Positions 48,303-58,669 of a stretch of 64,000 bases of DNA are shown in pieces. A program made the position numbers and the translations under genes. The DNA is from Prevotella sp. (GTDB lineage: Bacteria > Bacteroidota > Bacteroidia > Bacteroidales > Bacteroidaceae): the NCBI GenBank assembly GCA_017554385.1, contig JAFZIL010000065.1, positions 30,162 to 94,161 on the forward strand, in the 5' to 3' direction. The notes under the pieces are model-generated. The model made no database searches. It was given only the letters and a program-made list of their open reading frames with translations, and was not told where the DNA came from. The first letter of the stretch is position 1, and the number at the start of each line of letters is the position of its first letter.

Positions 48303-49835
48303 ATGATAATAGACATCAATAATCTTACGGCGTATCAGGAAGATCACCGTATAGAGGCAAAAACGGCAAAGAACCAGATTCCAAATAGTATTTGGGAGTC
48401 GTATTCATCATTTGCCAATACAGAAGGAGGAATTATCCTGCTAGGAGTTGTGGAAGAGAATGACCATTCGCTGTCTGTTAAAGGTGTTGAGGATTCGCAC
48501 AAACTGATAGGTGACTTCTGGAACATGATTAATAACCGACAGAAGGTGAGTGTCAACATTCTGACCAACAACATGGTATATGAGCAGGAGGTTGAAGGCA
48601 AACAAATTGTCGTGATTGAGATTCCTCGAGCAGACCGTACCATACGACCTGTATATATAGGACAAGACCCGATGCGTGGGACTTATGTCCGTTATGGCGA
48701 GGGTGACCATTTGTGTAATCGTGACCAAATTGCGGCCATCTACCGTGATGCTGCCACATCGACTCCAGATACAAAAGTGCTTAAGGGGCTGGATATGTCG
48801 GTATTTGACATGAATACAGTGCATGACTACCGTAACTATTTCAACGGGAAACATTCTGGACATGTGTGGAGCAAACAGGATGATGAACTGTTCCTGCGCA
48901 GTATTGGGGCAATGGGCTTCGACCGTGAGGATGGTCGTGTGTATCCAACGGTGGCGGGGCTGCTGATGTTTGGGCATGAGTATGACATTATGCGAGAGAT
49001 GCCTGACTATTTCCTCGATTACCGCGAACAGCTTGATCCGAAGATTCGATGGACACATCGGATAGTGTCGTCTTCGGGTGATTGGAGCGGCAACTTGTTC
49101 GACTTTTTCTTCCATGTATATCATCGATTGCGGAGTGCTTTCCCTGTGCCATTCCAACTCACTCAGGATGGGAGCAGAGAAGACGATGTTCCTATGCATA
49201 AGGCTTTACGCGAAATGATTGTTAATACGCTGGTCCACTCCGATTACTATGGTCAAAAAGGCATTGTTATCATTCGTCGGCCAGATTCGCTCACATTTGC
49301 CAATCCGGGTGATATGCGTCCAGGACTTAAAACTGCGTTGAGCGGTGGTACTTCTGACGCACGAAATACCACCATTATGAAGATGTTCGGCCTGCTTGAC
49401 TTCGGAGAACGGGCTGGCAGTGGCATCCCGGATTTGTTTGATATTTGTAATTCGGAACTCGGTACACAGCCTGAATACCAAGTTACTTATGCTCCCGCCC
49501 GCACAACATTGATTATAGACATCAGTAAAATGATACAGACAGAGCGGACGATAAATATGGACGATAATGAAAAAGCGGATGATAAGCGGACGATAAATGT
49601 GGACGATAATGAAAAAGCGGATGATAAGCGGACGATAAAAGCAGACGATAGGCGGAGGATAGTTATTGACTACATTCGTAGAAATGGTGAAGTAAAAACA
49701 GAAGACCTTGTGAAGCTTCTTGGCTCTAGTACAACTAGGACAAAGGTGCTGATTTATCAGTTGATAGATGAGGGTGAACTTGTCTCTTGCGGAGGAAACA
49801 GAAATCGTACTTACAAACTGAGAGAAAAATCGTAG
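48303..49835 (+). CDS. Schlafen/AlbA_2 + HATPase_c_4 + C-terminal wHTH protein
   Basis: EDHRIEAK, SFANTEGGIILLGV, ALRE..VN...H.DY, GERAGSG, GGNRNRTY. Confidence 0.85.
   Translation: MIIDINNLTAYQEDHRIEAKTAKNQIPNSIWESYSSFANTEGGIILLGVVEENDHSLSVKGVEDSHKLIGDFWNMINNRQKVSVNILTNNMVYEQEVEGKQIVVIEIPRADRTIRPVYIGQDPMRGTYVRYGEGDHLCNRDQIAAIYRDAATSTPDTKVLKGLDMSVFDMNTVHDYRNYFNGKHSGHVWSKQDDELFLRSIGAMGFDREDGRVYPTVAGLLMFGHEYDIMREMPDYFLDYREQLDPKIRWTHRIVSSSGDWSGNLFDFFFHVYHRLRSAFPVPFQLTQDGSREDDVPMHKALREMIVNTLVHSDYYGQKGIVIIRRPDSLTFANPGDMRPGLKTALSGGTSDARNTTIMKMFGLLDFGERAGSGIPDLFDICNSELGTQPEYQVTYAPARTTLIIDISKMIQTERTINMDDNEKADDKRTINVDDNEKADDKRTIKADDRRRIVIDYIRRNGEVKTEDLVKLLGSSTTRTKVLIYQLIDEGELVSCGGNRNRTYKLREKS
49543..49650 (+). 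repeat. 42-bp in-frame tandem repeat (~2.5 copies)
   Basis: AGCGGACGATAAAT(A/G)TGGACGATAATGAAAAAGCGGATGATA at 49543, 49585 and partial at 49627; encodes RTINxDDNEKADDK. Confidence 0.85.
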
Positions 49836-49968
49836 TCAGATTTCAAATTGGAGTTCAAATACAAAACAAAGGAAACAGCACTGAAATAAAGACACTTTTT
49901 CAAAGAAATTGTATCAGATTTACAGAATAATGTGTAACTTTGCACGCAGTTTGAATGTATAGCAAACA

Positions 49969-51123
49969 ATGAAAGAGATTATCAACCGTAACAACTGGCT
50001 CCATACCCTGATGCGCAGAGCATTGCTGGTTCTGCCTATCGCCATGACCTCCACAATTGATGCATGGGCACAAAAACCGGACATGCAGCATGCCAGCGAG
50101 GCTTCTCCCATCGAATACAATCTGGCCGAGGGCTGGAACTGGATTTCCACCAGCATTGAGTCGGAAGCCCTGCCGTTTATCGAGCCCATCCTCGACAAGA
50201 CAGACCGCTTGGTGGGACAGACGAACGAGCTGATAAAAGATGAGGTATATGGCATGGTGGGCGGTCTGCAGACGATGGATGTCACTGCTGGCTATAAGAT
50301 CCACACCACCGCCCAGGCCAGCATGAAGAAGACTGGCATCACCGCTTCTATCTCTACCCCAGTACGAATACACAAGGGCTGGAACTGGATAGGCTACCTG
50401 CCCATGCAGTCGATGGCTGTGGGCGAAGCACTGAAGCGCCTGTCTGCCGCTACTGGCGACCGGCTGATCAATGGTAACAGCTTTGCTGAATATGGTGCCA
50501 ACGGTTGGGAGGGAACCCTCAGTGTAATGAATCCCGGCCAAGGCTTCCTCTACCACCGCACGGGCGCTTCCACTACCCTTCGCTACCCTTCAGAAACGAA
50601 CTCTATTTATGCCAGTCAGGACGACCACACCTCGGAATGTCTGAGTAGGGGAAACTCTACCCTATGGCACTACGACCCACATCTCTATCCCGACGTGACG
50701 ACCATCGTCGCTCAGCTCTATTTAGAGGAGCAATGCGTTGACCAGAACGAATACATCGTGGGAGCCTTCTGTGGCAACGAGTGTCGTGGTATGGGCCAAG
50801 TGGTTGGTAACAAGCTCTTTATCACGGTACATGGCACCATATCGGACGGCGACGCCATCAGTTTCTGTGCCTATGAGAATGCCACCACACTGACGCTGCC
50901 CATCGACGAGACCATCTGCTTCCAAGGCCAGTGCCTCGGTACGCTCGACAGTCCCATGCCCCTACACGCGCAGTCGGTAGTCGTCAGTATCGACAAACCG
51001 ACATCACAGTCGGAGATACGCACCATCTACTCAGCCGACGGCAAACGCCTCCGTCTACTGCACCGTGGCATGAACATTGTGCGCATGAACAATGGCACGA
51101 CAACAAAGGTCATCGTAAAGTAA
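49969..51123 (+). CDS. Secreted T9SS protein made of the GWNW module plus tail
   Basis: Signal peptide; clearly similar to the C-terminal third of ORF 1-4458; IYSADGKR..GMNIV tail. Confidence 0.75.
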   Translation: MKEIINRNNWLHTLMRRALLVLPIAMTSTIDAWAQKPDMQHASEASPIEYNLAEGWNWISTSIESEALPFIEPILDKTDRLVGQTNELIKDEVYGMVGGLQTMDVTAGYKIHTTAQASMKKTGITASISTPVRIHKGWNWIGYLPMQSMAVGEALKRLSAATGDRLINGNSFAEYGANGWEGTLSVMNPGQGFLYHRTGASTTLRYPSETNSIYASQDDHTSECLSRGNSTLWHYDPHLYPDVTTIVAQLYLEEQCVDQNEYIVGAFCGNECRGMGQVVGNKLFITVHGTISDGDAISFCAYENATTLTLPIDETICFQGQCLGTLDSPMPLHAQSVVVSIDKPTSQSEIRTIYSADGKRLRLLHRGMNIVRMNNGTTTKVIVK

Positions 51124-51212
51124 ACATATTCAACTTTCTGAAGTTATTTACGATTTGACGATTGACGATTTACGATTTATTTACGATTGAACAATTTTCC
51201 CTCGAACTCACG

Positions 51213-53177
51213 TCATTTTGTGTAGTCTGTGTCGTCGGGGCCTATGTAATACCCGGGCTCCGAGGGCTGGTTGTAGCCTACGTTCTGCGTAGCTACCGAC
51301 AGTCGGTAGGGAATATCCTGCATCAGGCAGTTGATGCGGTAGTCGGTGGGCATAGTAGTGACATAGATGCGCAGCTCCGTTGACTCGCGGTCACGGGCAA
51401 TGACCTCCTCGCGCCAGTCTCCCAGGATGTCGGCAGCAAGTCCGGGATTCGACTTCGTGCCGTTGTTGAAGACCACGCCCTCGAATTTCTGTATGGTGTC
51501 GATAGTCTTCTCCTGCCAGTTGTATTTCGTGACGGTGGCACGGTCGAGCAGTTCGCGCAGCAGGTCGCCGTCCCACCAGATGCCGAAGTTCACGGGCAAA
51601 TAGCGTCCTCCGAGAACGAGGTTGTTATCATGCTGTGGGTCATCGGCATCGCGTGCGGTAGACACTACCTCGCCCTTCATGTTGCGAATACCGTGGCTGT
51701 CGGTGCTCCACATCTCCATGCCTGGACTTGTCGGGTCGATGTCGGCAGCCATAGCACGGCCTACATCGATAGGACTCTTCACCTGGAAGACGACCTCGCC
51801 CGTGGCAGCATCGCGCAAGTCTGAGCCGTCGCGTCTGTTCTCATGGCAGTCCCAGATATAGAGTTTGTTTGTCTTCGGTTCCGCAACGAGATGGATGGCA
51901 TCGCCGTGCCCCATGCCTGTATTGTAGAGTCCCCGTCCATCGTGATCAATGGCCATCGATCCGTAGGTAATCTCGTCGAAACCGTCACCGTCGACATCGG
52001 CCACGCGCAGGTTGTGGTTGCCCTGTCCGGCATAGTCTTTCCATTTGTTTTCGTTAGTATCGAACACCCAGCGACTGCTCAGTTCCTTGCCGTCCCAGTC
52101 CCATGCTGCAACGACAGAGCGGGTGTAGTAGCCTCGGCAGAAAAGGGCAGAGGGGTGGATGGTGGATGGTGACTGGTGGATGGGGGATGACGACATGCCG
52201 AGGTAACCGACAGCGGCTAAGTAGCGCTCCGAGCGGTTGCCGCGATCGTCGCCCCAATCTCTAACGTTACCACGGGCAGGGATATAGGGCTTCGTGTCCA
52301 GAGCCTCACCGGTAAGTCCGCTGAACACAGTGACATACTCAGGCCCCTCAAGGATGCGGCCAGCCTTATTGCGCCAGTCGGCGAGCAAATCACCAATCAC
52401 CCTACCCTTCCCGTCGCATGTGCCATCGGCTGTCTTTACCATCAGCTCAGCACGTCCGTCACCATCAAAATCATAAACGATGAAGGGCGTATAGTGGGCA
52501 CCCGAGCGGATGTTCGGCCCGAGGTTGATGCGCCAAAGCAATTGACTACCAACGATTTTGTAGCAGTCGATGATCGTAGGACCTGTATACCCGTCGTGAG
52601 CATTGTCGTGGGCATTCGAAGGTTCCCACTTCACGAACAGTTCATATTGTCCGTCGCCATCAACGTCACCCACGCTCATGTCGTTGGCCGAGTAGGTATA
52701 GGAGCCATCGTCGCGCCAGCCCCATCCGCGTCCACGGGATTTTGAGCGGGCTGGCACAGGGCCTGCCCCTACACTGGCGGGCACATGGCCGTCTTCAGGT
52801 CGTTGTATCTTCACAGGTAGATAGCCTACTGGAGCGTCGGCCTTCAGCGTATAGCTGCCGTCAATACTTCCACCACGCACTTCGTAAATCACGCTATCCT
52901 CGCCACCAACAGGTTGCGGGTCAACAAAGAACGTACCACCCGAGGTGAGCGGTTCATCGTTAAGCTTCACACCGTTTCGATAGACGTCGAAAGACTCGCC
53001 CTTCTTGTCCGACCTAAGTGTACGCCAGCTCACAGCCACCCGACCGTCGGCTTGTGGAATGGCTACGACACCACGGTCAAGCCGCTCCATGCATAGTCGC
53101 TCGTAGTCATAGTTCGACTGAGCCCAACCTGTTAGGTTGACCAGCAATAAGCCTACCGACAATAATACCCGTCTCAT
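51213..53177 (-). CDS. Rhamnogalacturonan lyase, PL11 (YesW-like)
   Basis: ERLDRG, VSWR, DVDGDGQYE, NIRSGAHY, GQGNH, GHGDAIH and NNGTK motifs. Confidence 0.9.
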   Translation of the reverse strand: MRRVLLSVGLLLVNLTGWAQSNYDYERLCMERLDRGVVAIPQADGRVAVSWRTLRSDKKGESFDVYRNGVKLNDEPLTSGGTFFVDPQPVGGEDSVIYEVRGGSIDGSYTLKADAPVGYLPVKIQRPEDGHVPASVGAGPVPARSKSRGRGWGWRDDGSYTYSANDMSVGDVDGDGQYELFVKWEPSNAHDNAHDGYTGPTIIDCYKIVGSQLLWRINLGPNIRSGAHYTPFIVYDFDGDGRAELMVKTADGTCDGKGRVIGDLLADWRNKAGRILEGPEYVTVFSGLTGEALDTKPYIPARGNVRDWGDDRGNRSERYLAAVGYLGMSSSPIHQSPSTIHPSALFCRGYYTRSVVAAWDWDGKELSSRWVFDTNENKWKDYAGQGNHNLRVADVDGDGFDEITYGSMAIDHDGRGLYNTGMGHGDAIHLVAEPKTNKLYIWDCHENRRDGSDLRDAATGEVVFQVKSPIDVGRAMAADIDPTSPGMEMWSTDSHGIRNMKGEVVSTARDADDPQHDNNLVLGGRYLPVNFGIWWDGDLLRELLDRATVTKYNWQEKTIDTIQKFEGVVFNNGTKSNPGLAADILGDWREEVIARDRESTELRIYVTTMPTDYRINCLMQDIPYRLSVATQNVGYNQPSEPGYYIGPDDTDYTK

Positions 53178-53388
53178 GTCATTAAGTAGAATAGTTTCTT
53201 TTGCAAAAGTACGCAAATAATAATGGACTGTCGGGAGAAAAAGTATTAAAAATCTAAAAATCACTGATTATAGTATTAAAAACAGCCATTCTCGCTACTA
53301 ATTAAGAAAAATTGTTTACCTTTGCACCGTAAAATCGCGATTTAGCGATGCCGTAACAACGTTATAACGTAATATCGAAATAACAACA

Positions 53389-56082
53389 ATGATGACTGCA
53401 AAAGAAATCCGCGACTCGTTCAAGAAGTATTTCGAGTCGAAAGGACATGCCATCGTGCCGTCGGCACCGATGGTGATTAAGGATGACCCGACGCTGATGT
53501 TTACCAACGCCGGCATGAACCAGTGGAAGGATATTATATTAGGTACGCGTGACCCTGAGCCACGCCGCCGAGCCGACACGCAGAAGTGCCTGCGCGTCAG
53601 TGGTAAACATAACGATTTGGAAGAGGTGGGACACGACACCTACCATCATACGATGTTCGAGATGCTGGGCAACTGGTCGTTTGGCGACTACTTCAAGGAA
53701 GGAGCCATCGACATGGCTTGGGAATATCTGGTCGACGTGCTGAAGCTCGACCCGAAGGATCTATATGTCACCGTGTTCGAAGGCGACCCGAAAGAGGGAC
53801 TGGAACGCGACGACGAGGCTGCCGGCTACTGGCTGAAGCATGTGCCTGCCGACCATATCATCAACGGCAACAAGCACGACAACTTCTGGGAGATGGGCGA
53901 TACAGGTCCCTGCGGTCCCTGCTCCGAGATACATGTGGACTCACGTCCTGAGGAAGAGAAAAAGAACGGCAAGCCCGGTCGCGAACTGGTGAACCAGGAC
54001 GACCCGCAGGTCATCGAGATATGGAACCTCGTCTTTATGCAGTACAACCGTAAGGCCGACGGCTCACTCGAAAAGCTCTCGATGAACGTCATCGACACTG
54101 GCATGGGCTTCGAGCGTCTCGTCCGCATGTTACAGGGCAAGCACTCGAACTACGACACCGATATCTTCCAGCCCATCATCAAGGCTGAGCAGAACATCAC
54201 CGGTCTGAAATACACCACCTTCGAGGAAGAGCAGGAAGCTGCTAATGATAAATCTCAAATCTCAAATCTCAAATCTCAAAACGAGATTAACGTGGCCATG
54301 CGCGTCTGTGCCGACCATCTGCGTGCCGTCGCATTCTCGATTGCCGACGGTCAGCTGCCCTCGAACGCGAAGGCAGGCTACGTCATCCGTCGCATCCTGC
54401 GCCGCGCCGTGCGCTATGCCTATACGTTCCTCGGACAGAAGGAGAGCTTCCTATATAAGCTGTTGCCCACGCTCGTTGAGGAGATGGGCGATGCCTTCCC
54501 CGAACTGAAGGCCCAGCAGACGCTCATCGCCAAGGTGATGAAGGAAGAGGAAGATGCCTTCCTGCGTACCCTCGACAAGGGTATCGCCCTGCTCGACAAG
54601 GCAATGGAGGAGATGAGAAGTAAAGGAGAGAAGGAGCTGAGCGGTGTGCAGGCTTTCCGCCTGTTCGACACCTACGGTTTCCCTCTTGACCTCACAGAGC
54701 TCATCTGCCGCGAGAATGGTTTTACTGTCAACGAGACAGAATTCAACACCGAGATGCAGAAGCAGAAGGAGCGTGCCCGCAACGCTGCCGCCGTCGAGAA
54801 CAGCGACTGGTTCTCCATAGGCAGCAGCTCAGCTGCTGCAGAGCAGCAGTTCGTGGGCTACGACTATACAGAGTACACCTGCCACATCCTGCGCTATCGC
54901 AAGGTCACTCAGAAGAAGAACGAGTTCTACGAGCTCGTGCTCGACTACACGCCGTTCTATGGCGAGATGGGTGGCCAGGTAGGCGATAGCGGTGTGCTCG
55001 TCAACGAGAACGAGACCATCGAGGTTATCGACTCAAAGCGCGAGAACAACCAGACCGTACACATCGTGAAGCAGCTGCCAAAAGACCCGACCGCCGAGTT
55101 CATGGCCTGCGTCGATACCGACCGTCGCGATGCCTCGGCTGCCAACCATACGGCAACCCACTTGCTCGACTACGCCCTAAAGCAGATACTGGGCGACCAT
55201 GTGGAGCAGAAAGGTTCGTTTGTCTCGCCCGACACGCTACGCTTCGACTTCTCACACTTTGAGAAGGTGAGCGACGAACAGTTGCGCGAGGTGGAGCGTA
55301 TGGTCAACGACATGATCCGTCAGGACATCCATATCGACGAGCATCGCGACGTGCCCTTCGACGAAGCCAAGAAGCTCGGTGCCATCGCCCTCTTCGGTGA
55401 GAAGTATGGCGACAAGGTGCGCGTGGTGCGCTTCGGTCCGTCGTGCGAGTTCTGCGGTGGTATCCACGCCAGCTCCACAGGCCGCATCGGTTTCTTTAAG
55501 ATTGTCTCTGAGAGCAGCGTTGCCGCAGGCATCCGCCGTATCGAGGCAAGGACCGGCAAGGAGTGTGAGGAACTGCTCTACAATATCGAAGACACGCTGA
55601 AGGCTGTGAAGTCGTTCTTCAACAACGCCAAAGACCTGCAGGCCGTCATCCAGAAATATGTGGAGGAGCACGACGCAATGAAGAAGGAAATCGAAACCTT
55701 CCAGCAGCAGGCCGTGATGCGTTGCTGCCAGCAGCTCGTTGAGAAGGCCCGCGACGTCAACGGCGTGAAGGTTGTCAGCTGTGTGCTGCCCTTGGAGCCA
55801 GGTGCCGCCAAGGATCTGGTGTTCAAGGTGAAGGCCGCTGTCGAGGGTTCACTGCTCTGCGTCGTAGGTACGAAGTATCAGGACAAACCGCTCCTGTCGG
55901 TAATGATGAGTGAGGACCTCGTCAAGGAACACGGACTGAACGCAGGACAGATGGTGCGCGAGGCTGCAAAGCTCATCCAGGGCGGTGGCGGCGGACAGCC
56001 CCACTACGCTTCGGCAGGAGGCAAGAACATTGACGGTCTTAGCGCCGCCGTAGACAAGGTCGTAGAATTGGCTAACTTATAA
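53389..56082 (+). CDS. alaS: Alanine--tRNA ligase
   Basis: [42 protein letters not shown] and GGGGG motifs. Confidence 0.97.
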   Translation: MMTAKEIRDSFKKYFESKGHAIVPSAPMVIKDDPTLMFTNAGMNQWKDIILGTRDPEPRRRADTQKCLRVSGKHNDLEEVGHDTYHHTMFEMLGNWSFGDYFKEGAIDMAWEYLVDVLKLDPKDLYVTVFEGDPKEGLERDDEAAGYWLKHVPADHIINGNKHDNFWEMGDTGPCGPCSEIHVDSRPEEEKKNGKPGRELVNQDDPQVIEIWNLVFMQYNRKADGSLEKLSMNVIDTGMGFERLVRMLQGKHSNYDTDIFQPIIKAEQNITGLKYTTFEEEQEAANDKSQISNLKSQNEINVAMRVCADHLRAVAFSIADGQLPSNAKAGYVIRRILRRAVRYAYTFLGQKESFLYKLLPTLVEEMGDAFPELKAQQTLIAKVMKEEEDAFLRTLDKGIALLDKAMEEMRSKGEKELSGVQAFRLFDTYGFPLDLTELICRENGFTVNETEFNTEMQKQKERARNAAAVENSDWFSIGSSSAAAEQQFVGYDYTEYTCHILRYRKVTQKKNEFYELVLDYTPFYGEMGGQVGDSGVLVNENETIEVIDSKRENNQTVHIVKQLPKDPTAEFMACVDTDRRDASAANHTATHLLDYALKQILGDHVEQKGSFVSPDTLRFDFSHFEKVSDEQLREVERMVNDMIRQDIHIDEHRDVPFDEAKKLGAIALFGEKYGDKVRVVRFGPSCEFCGGIHASSTGRIGFFKIVSESSVAAGIRRIEARTGKECEELLYNIEDTLKAVKSFFNNAKDLQAVIQKYVEEHDAMKKEIETFQQQAVMRCCQQLVEKARDVNGVKVVSCVLPLEPGAAKDLVFKVKAAVEGSLLCVVGTKYQDKPLLSVMMSEDLVKEHGLNAGQMVREAAKLIQGGGGGQPHYASAGGKNIDGLSAAVDKVVELANL

Positions 56083-56152
56083 GCCCTATTGGCCCAATAA
56101 GCCCCATTAGCCCTATTGGCCCAATTAGTCCCATTAGCCCCATTAACCAACA

Positions 56153-57031
56153 ATGAAGAAAGCATTAATAGCACTGGCCATATTGGTCATTCTGGCACTT
56201 GCCGGAGTGGCCGTTTGGCTGTTTATGGGCCTGCAACAGCAGAAGCAGGTGAACCAGGAGATGCAGGAGCTTGCCGAGCTCGACAAGCAGGAGATGGAGA
56301 ACGAGTACCAGCGGTTTACCATGCAGTACAGCGAGATGATTACCCAGATCAACAACGACTCCATCGTGGCACAGCTCACACAGGAACAAATGCGCACGCA
56401 ACAGCTCCTCGAAGAACTGAAGAAAGTGAAGTCTGACGATGCCCGTGAGATTGCCCGACTGAAGAAAGAGCTCGCCACGGTACGCGAGGTGCTGCGCTCC
56501 TATATCCGGCAGGTCGACTCGCTCAACCAGATCAACGAGTCGCTACGCTCGGAGAACCTTCAGATACGCGACGAACTGGCACAGACCAACCGCGAAAAAC
56601 AAGGTCTGCAAAGTGAGAAACAGTCGCTCACAGAGAAGGTGGCTATTGCCGCACAGCTCGATGCTACGGGCATTTCGCTCACCGCCATGCGCGACGACAA
56701 GCCTACCCGAAAGAACAAGCTGAAGAAGGCTAACAAGCTGTTAGTGACCTACTCCATCTCGAAGAATGTCACGGCTACCAACGGCCAGCGCGTCATCTAC
56801 ACGTGCATCAAGAAGCCCAACGGTGACGTGCTCGGTGGAGGCGGCTCGTTTACCTATGAGAACCGTACGCTGAAGGCCTCGGCCCGGAACTCCATCGAGT
56901 ACACGGGTGAGCAGACCACCGTCAGGGCCTACTGGGAAGGCAGCGACGTGCTCAGTGCCGGCACCTACTTAGTCAGCATCTTCGCCGACGGTAACCTCAT
57001 CGGCTCAGCACGATTTAACATGGAAGAATAA
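56153..57031 (+). CDS. Membrane-anchored coiled-coil hypothetical protein
   Basis: N-terminal TM, long coiled coil, C-terminal beta domain. Confidence 0.75.
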   Translation: MKKALIALAILVILALAGVAVWLFMGLQQQKQVNQEMQELAELDKQEMENEYQRFTMQYSEMITQINNDSIVAQLTQEQMRTQQLLEELKKVKSDDAREIARLKKELATVREVLRSYIRQVDSLNQINESLRSENLQIRDELAQTNREKQGLQSEKQSLTEKVAIAAQLDATGISLTAMRDDKPTRKNKLKKANKLLVTYSISKNVTATNGQRVIYTCIKKPNGDVLGGGGSFTYENRTLKASARNSIEYTGEQTTVRAYWEGSDVLSAGTYLVSIFADGNLIGSARFNMEE

Positions 57032-57087
57032 GAAGGCCCAGACCCATAAGTCCCATGAGCCTAATTAGCACCATAAGAACCAAAAGA

Positions 57088-58644
57088 ATGAAGAATAACA
57101 ACCAGCGATGGCTGCCGCTAATGGCACTGACAGCACTCCTGTCGTTCTGCGACGCACAGGCCCAGCAACTGCTGAGCCTTGACAGCTGTCGGGCAATGGC
57201 CTTACGCAACAACAAACAACTGAGCATCTCCCGCCTGAAGCAGGATGTAGCGGCCAACCTGCGACGCTCGGCACGCACGAAGTACCTTCCGCATGTCAGT
57301 GCGATAGGTACCTACGAGCATACGAGCAAGGAGATCTCTATACTGAACAACGACCAGAAGAGCAGCCTCTTGAATCTCGGCAACAGCTTTGCTACCGGCA
57401 TGCAGGGAGCCCTGCAGCCCATGGAGGCTTTCGGACAACAAGTGGGCACGATGCTGCAGCAGTTGGGCATCCCTGCCGAAGCCATCCAGCAGATGATGGG
57501 TAGCATCGATGCGACCGTCAAGGGCGACATCCAAGGACTTGCCGGCAAGCTGAACAGTGAGGGCGAGAAGATTGTCGATGCCTTCCGCACCGACACCCGT
57601 AATATCTGGACTGGTTCGGTGCATGCCATTCAGCCCGTGTTCATGGGCGGTAGCATCGTGGCCATGAACCGGCTGGCCGACCTGAACGAGCAGTTGACTG
57701 CCAACTCGGCCAACGCCCGTCAGCAGGCAGTCATCTATGCCACTGACCAGGCCTACTGGCAGGTAGTGTCGCTGAAGAACAAGAAACGGCTGGCTGAGAG
57801 CTACCTCGAACTGCTCCGTAAGCTCGACAGCGACGTGCAGAAGATGATCAACGAGGGCGTGGCTACCCGCAGCGACGGCCTGAGCGTCAGCGTGAAGGTA
57901 AGCGAGGCCGAGATGACCGTGCAGAAGGTCAACGACGGTCTGGTGCTCTCGAAGATGCTGCTTTGCCAAACCATAGGACTGCCGATGAACGAAGCCGTCA
58001 CCCTCGCCGACGAGGACTCGAACGAGCTGGCTACGCCCACTGCCGACGACTACGCTTCCCCGGAGTCATTGGCTGCTATGGCCCTCGACAACCGTCCTGA
58101 GCTGAAGATGCTCGAGACCACGGTCGACATGTCCCACCAGCTCACAAACATCATGAAGGCAGCCAACCTGCCGCAGGTGGCTCTCATGGGTGGCTATGCC
58201 GTGAGCAACCCCAACGTGTTCAATGGCTTTGAGAAGAAGTTCGGCGGCTACTGGAATGTAGGACTCCTCGTACGCGTTCCCATCTGGAACTGGGGTGATA
58301 ATTTATATAAGGTACGCGCGACGAAAGGTGCCACAGCCATCGCCAACCTCGAGGTGGCCGAAGCACGCGAGAAGATTGAGTTGCAGGTGAACCAGCAGTC
58401 CTTCCGCGTTGAGGAGGCTACGAAGCGTCTGGCCATGGCCAACGCCGGCATCGAGAAGGCCAACGAGAACCTGCGCACAGCAAACCTTGGCTTCAGCGAG
58501 GGCGTCATCACCCCCACGGTGGTCATGGAGGCACAGACCGCCTGGCTACAGGCACAGTCGCAGAAGATTGATGCCGAGATCGATGTCTGCCTCAGCAGGG
58601 TCGACATGCGCAAGGCACTGGGTAAGTTGATAATTGATAATTAA
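57088..58644 (+). CDS. TolC family outer-membrane efflux protein
   Basis: Signal peptide, LSLDSCRAMALRNN, two OEP repeats. Confidence 0.88.
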   Translation: MKNNNQRWLPLMALTALLSFCDAQAQQLLSLDSCRAMALRNNKQLSISRLKQDVAANLRRSARTKYLPHVSAIGTYEHTSKEISILNNDQKSSLLNLGNSFATGMQGALQPMEAFGQQVGTMLQQLGIPAEAIQQMMGSIDATVKGDIQGLAGKLNSEGEKIVDAFRTDTRNIWTGSVHAIQPVFMGGSIVAMNRLADLNEQLTANSANARQQAVIYATDQAYWQVVSLKNKKRLAESYLELLRKLDSDVQKMINEGVATRSDGLSVSVKVSEAEMTVQKVNDGLVLSKMLLCQTIGLPMNEAVTLADEDSNELATPTADDYASPESLAAMALDNRPELKMLETTVDMSHQLTNIMKAANLPQVALMGGYAVSNPNVFNGFEKKFGGYWNVGLLVRVPIWNWGDNLYKVRATKGATAIANLEVAEAREKIELQVNQQSFRVEEATKRLAMANAGIEKANENLRTANLGFSEGVITPTVVMEAQTAWLQAQSQKIDAEIDVCLSRVDMRKALGKLIIDN

Positions 58645-58669
58645 GCATTGAGCATTAAGCATTGAAAAT

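Larger units (their letters stand above)
36700..49900. mobile_element. Degenerate AT-rich accessory/defence island (boundaries approximate)
   Basis: Integrase stub at left end, visible drop in GC, defence-like cargo, group II intron. Confidence 0.55.
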
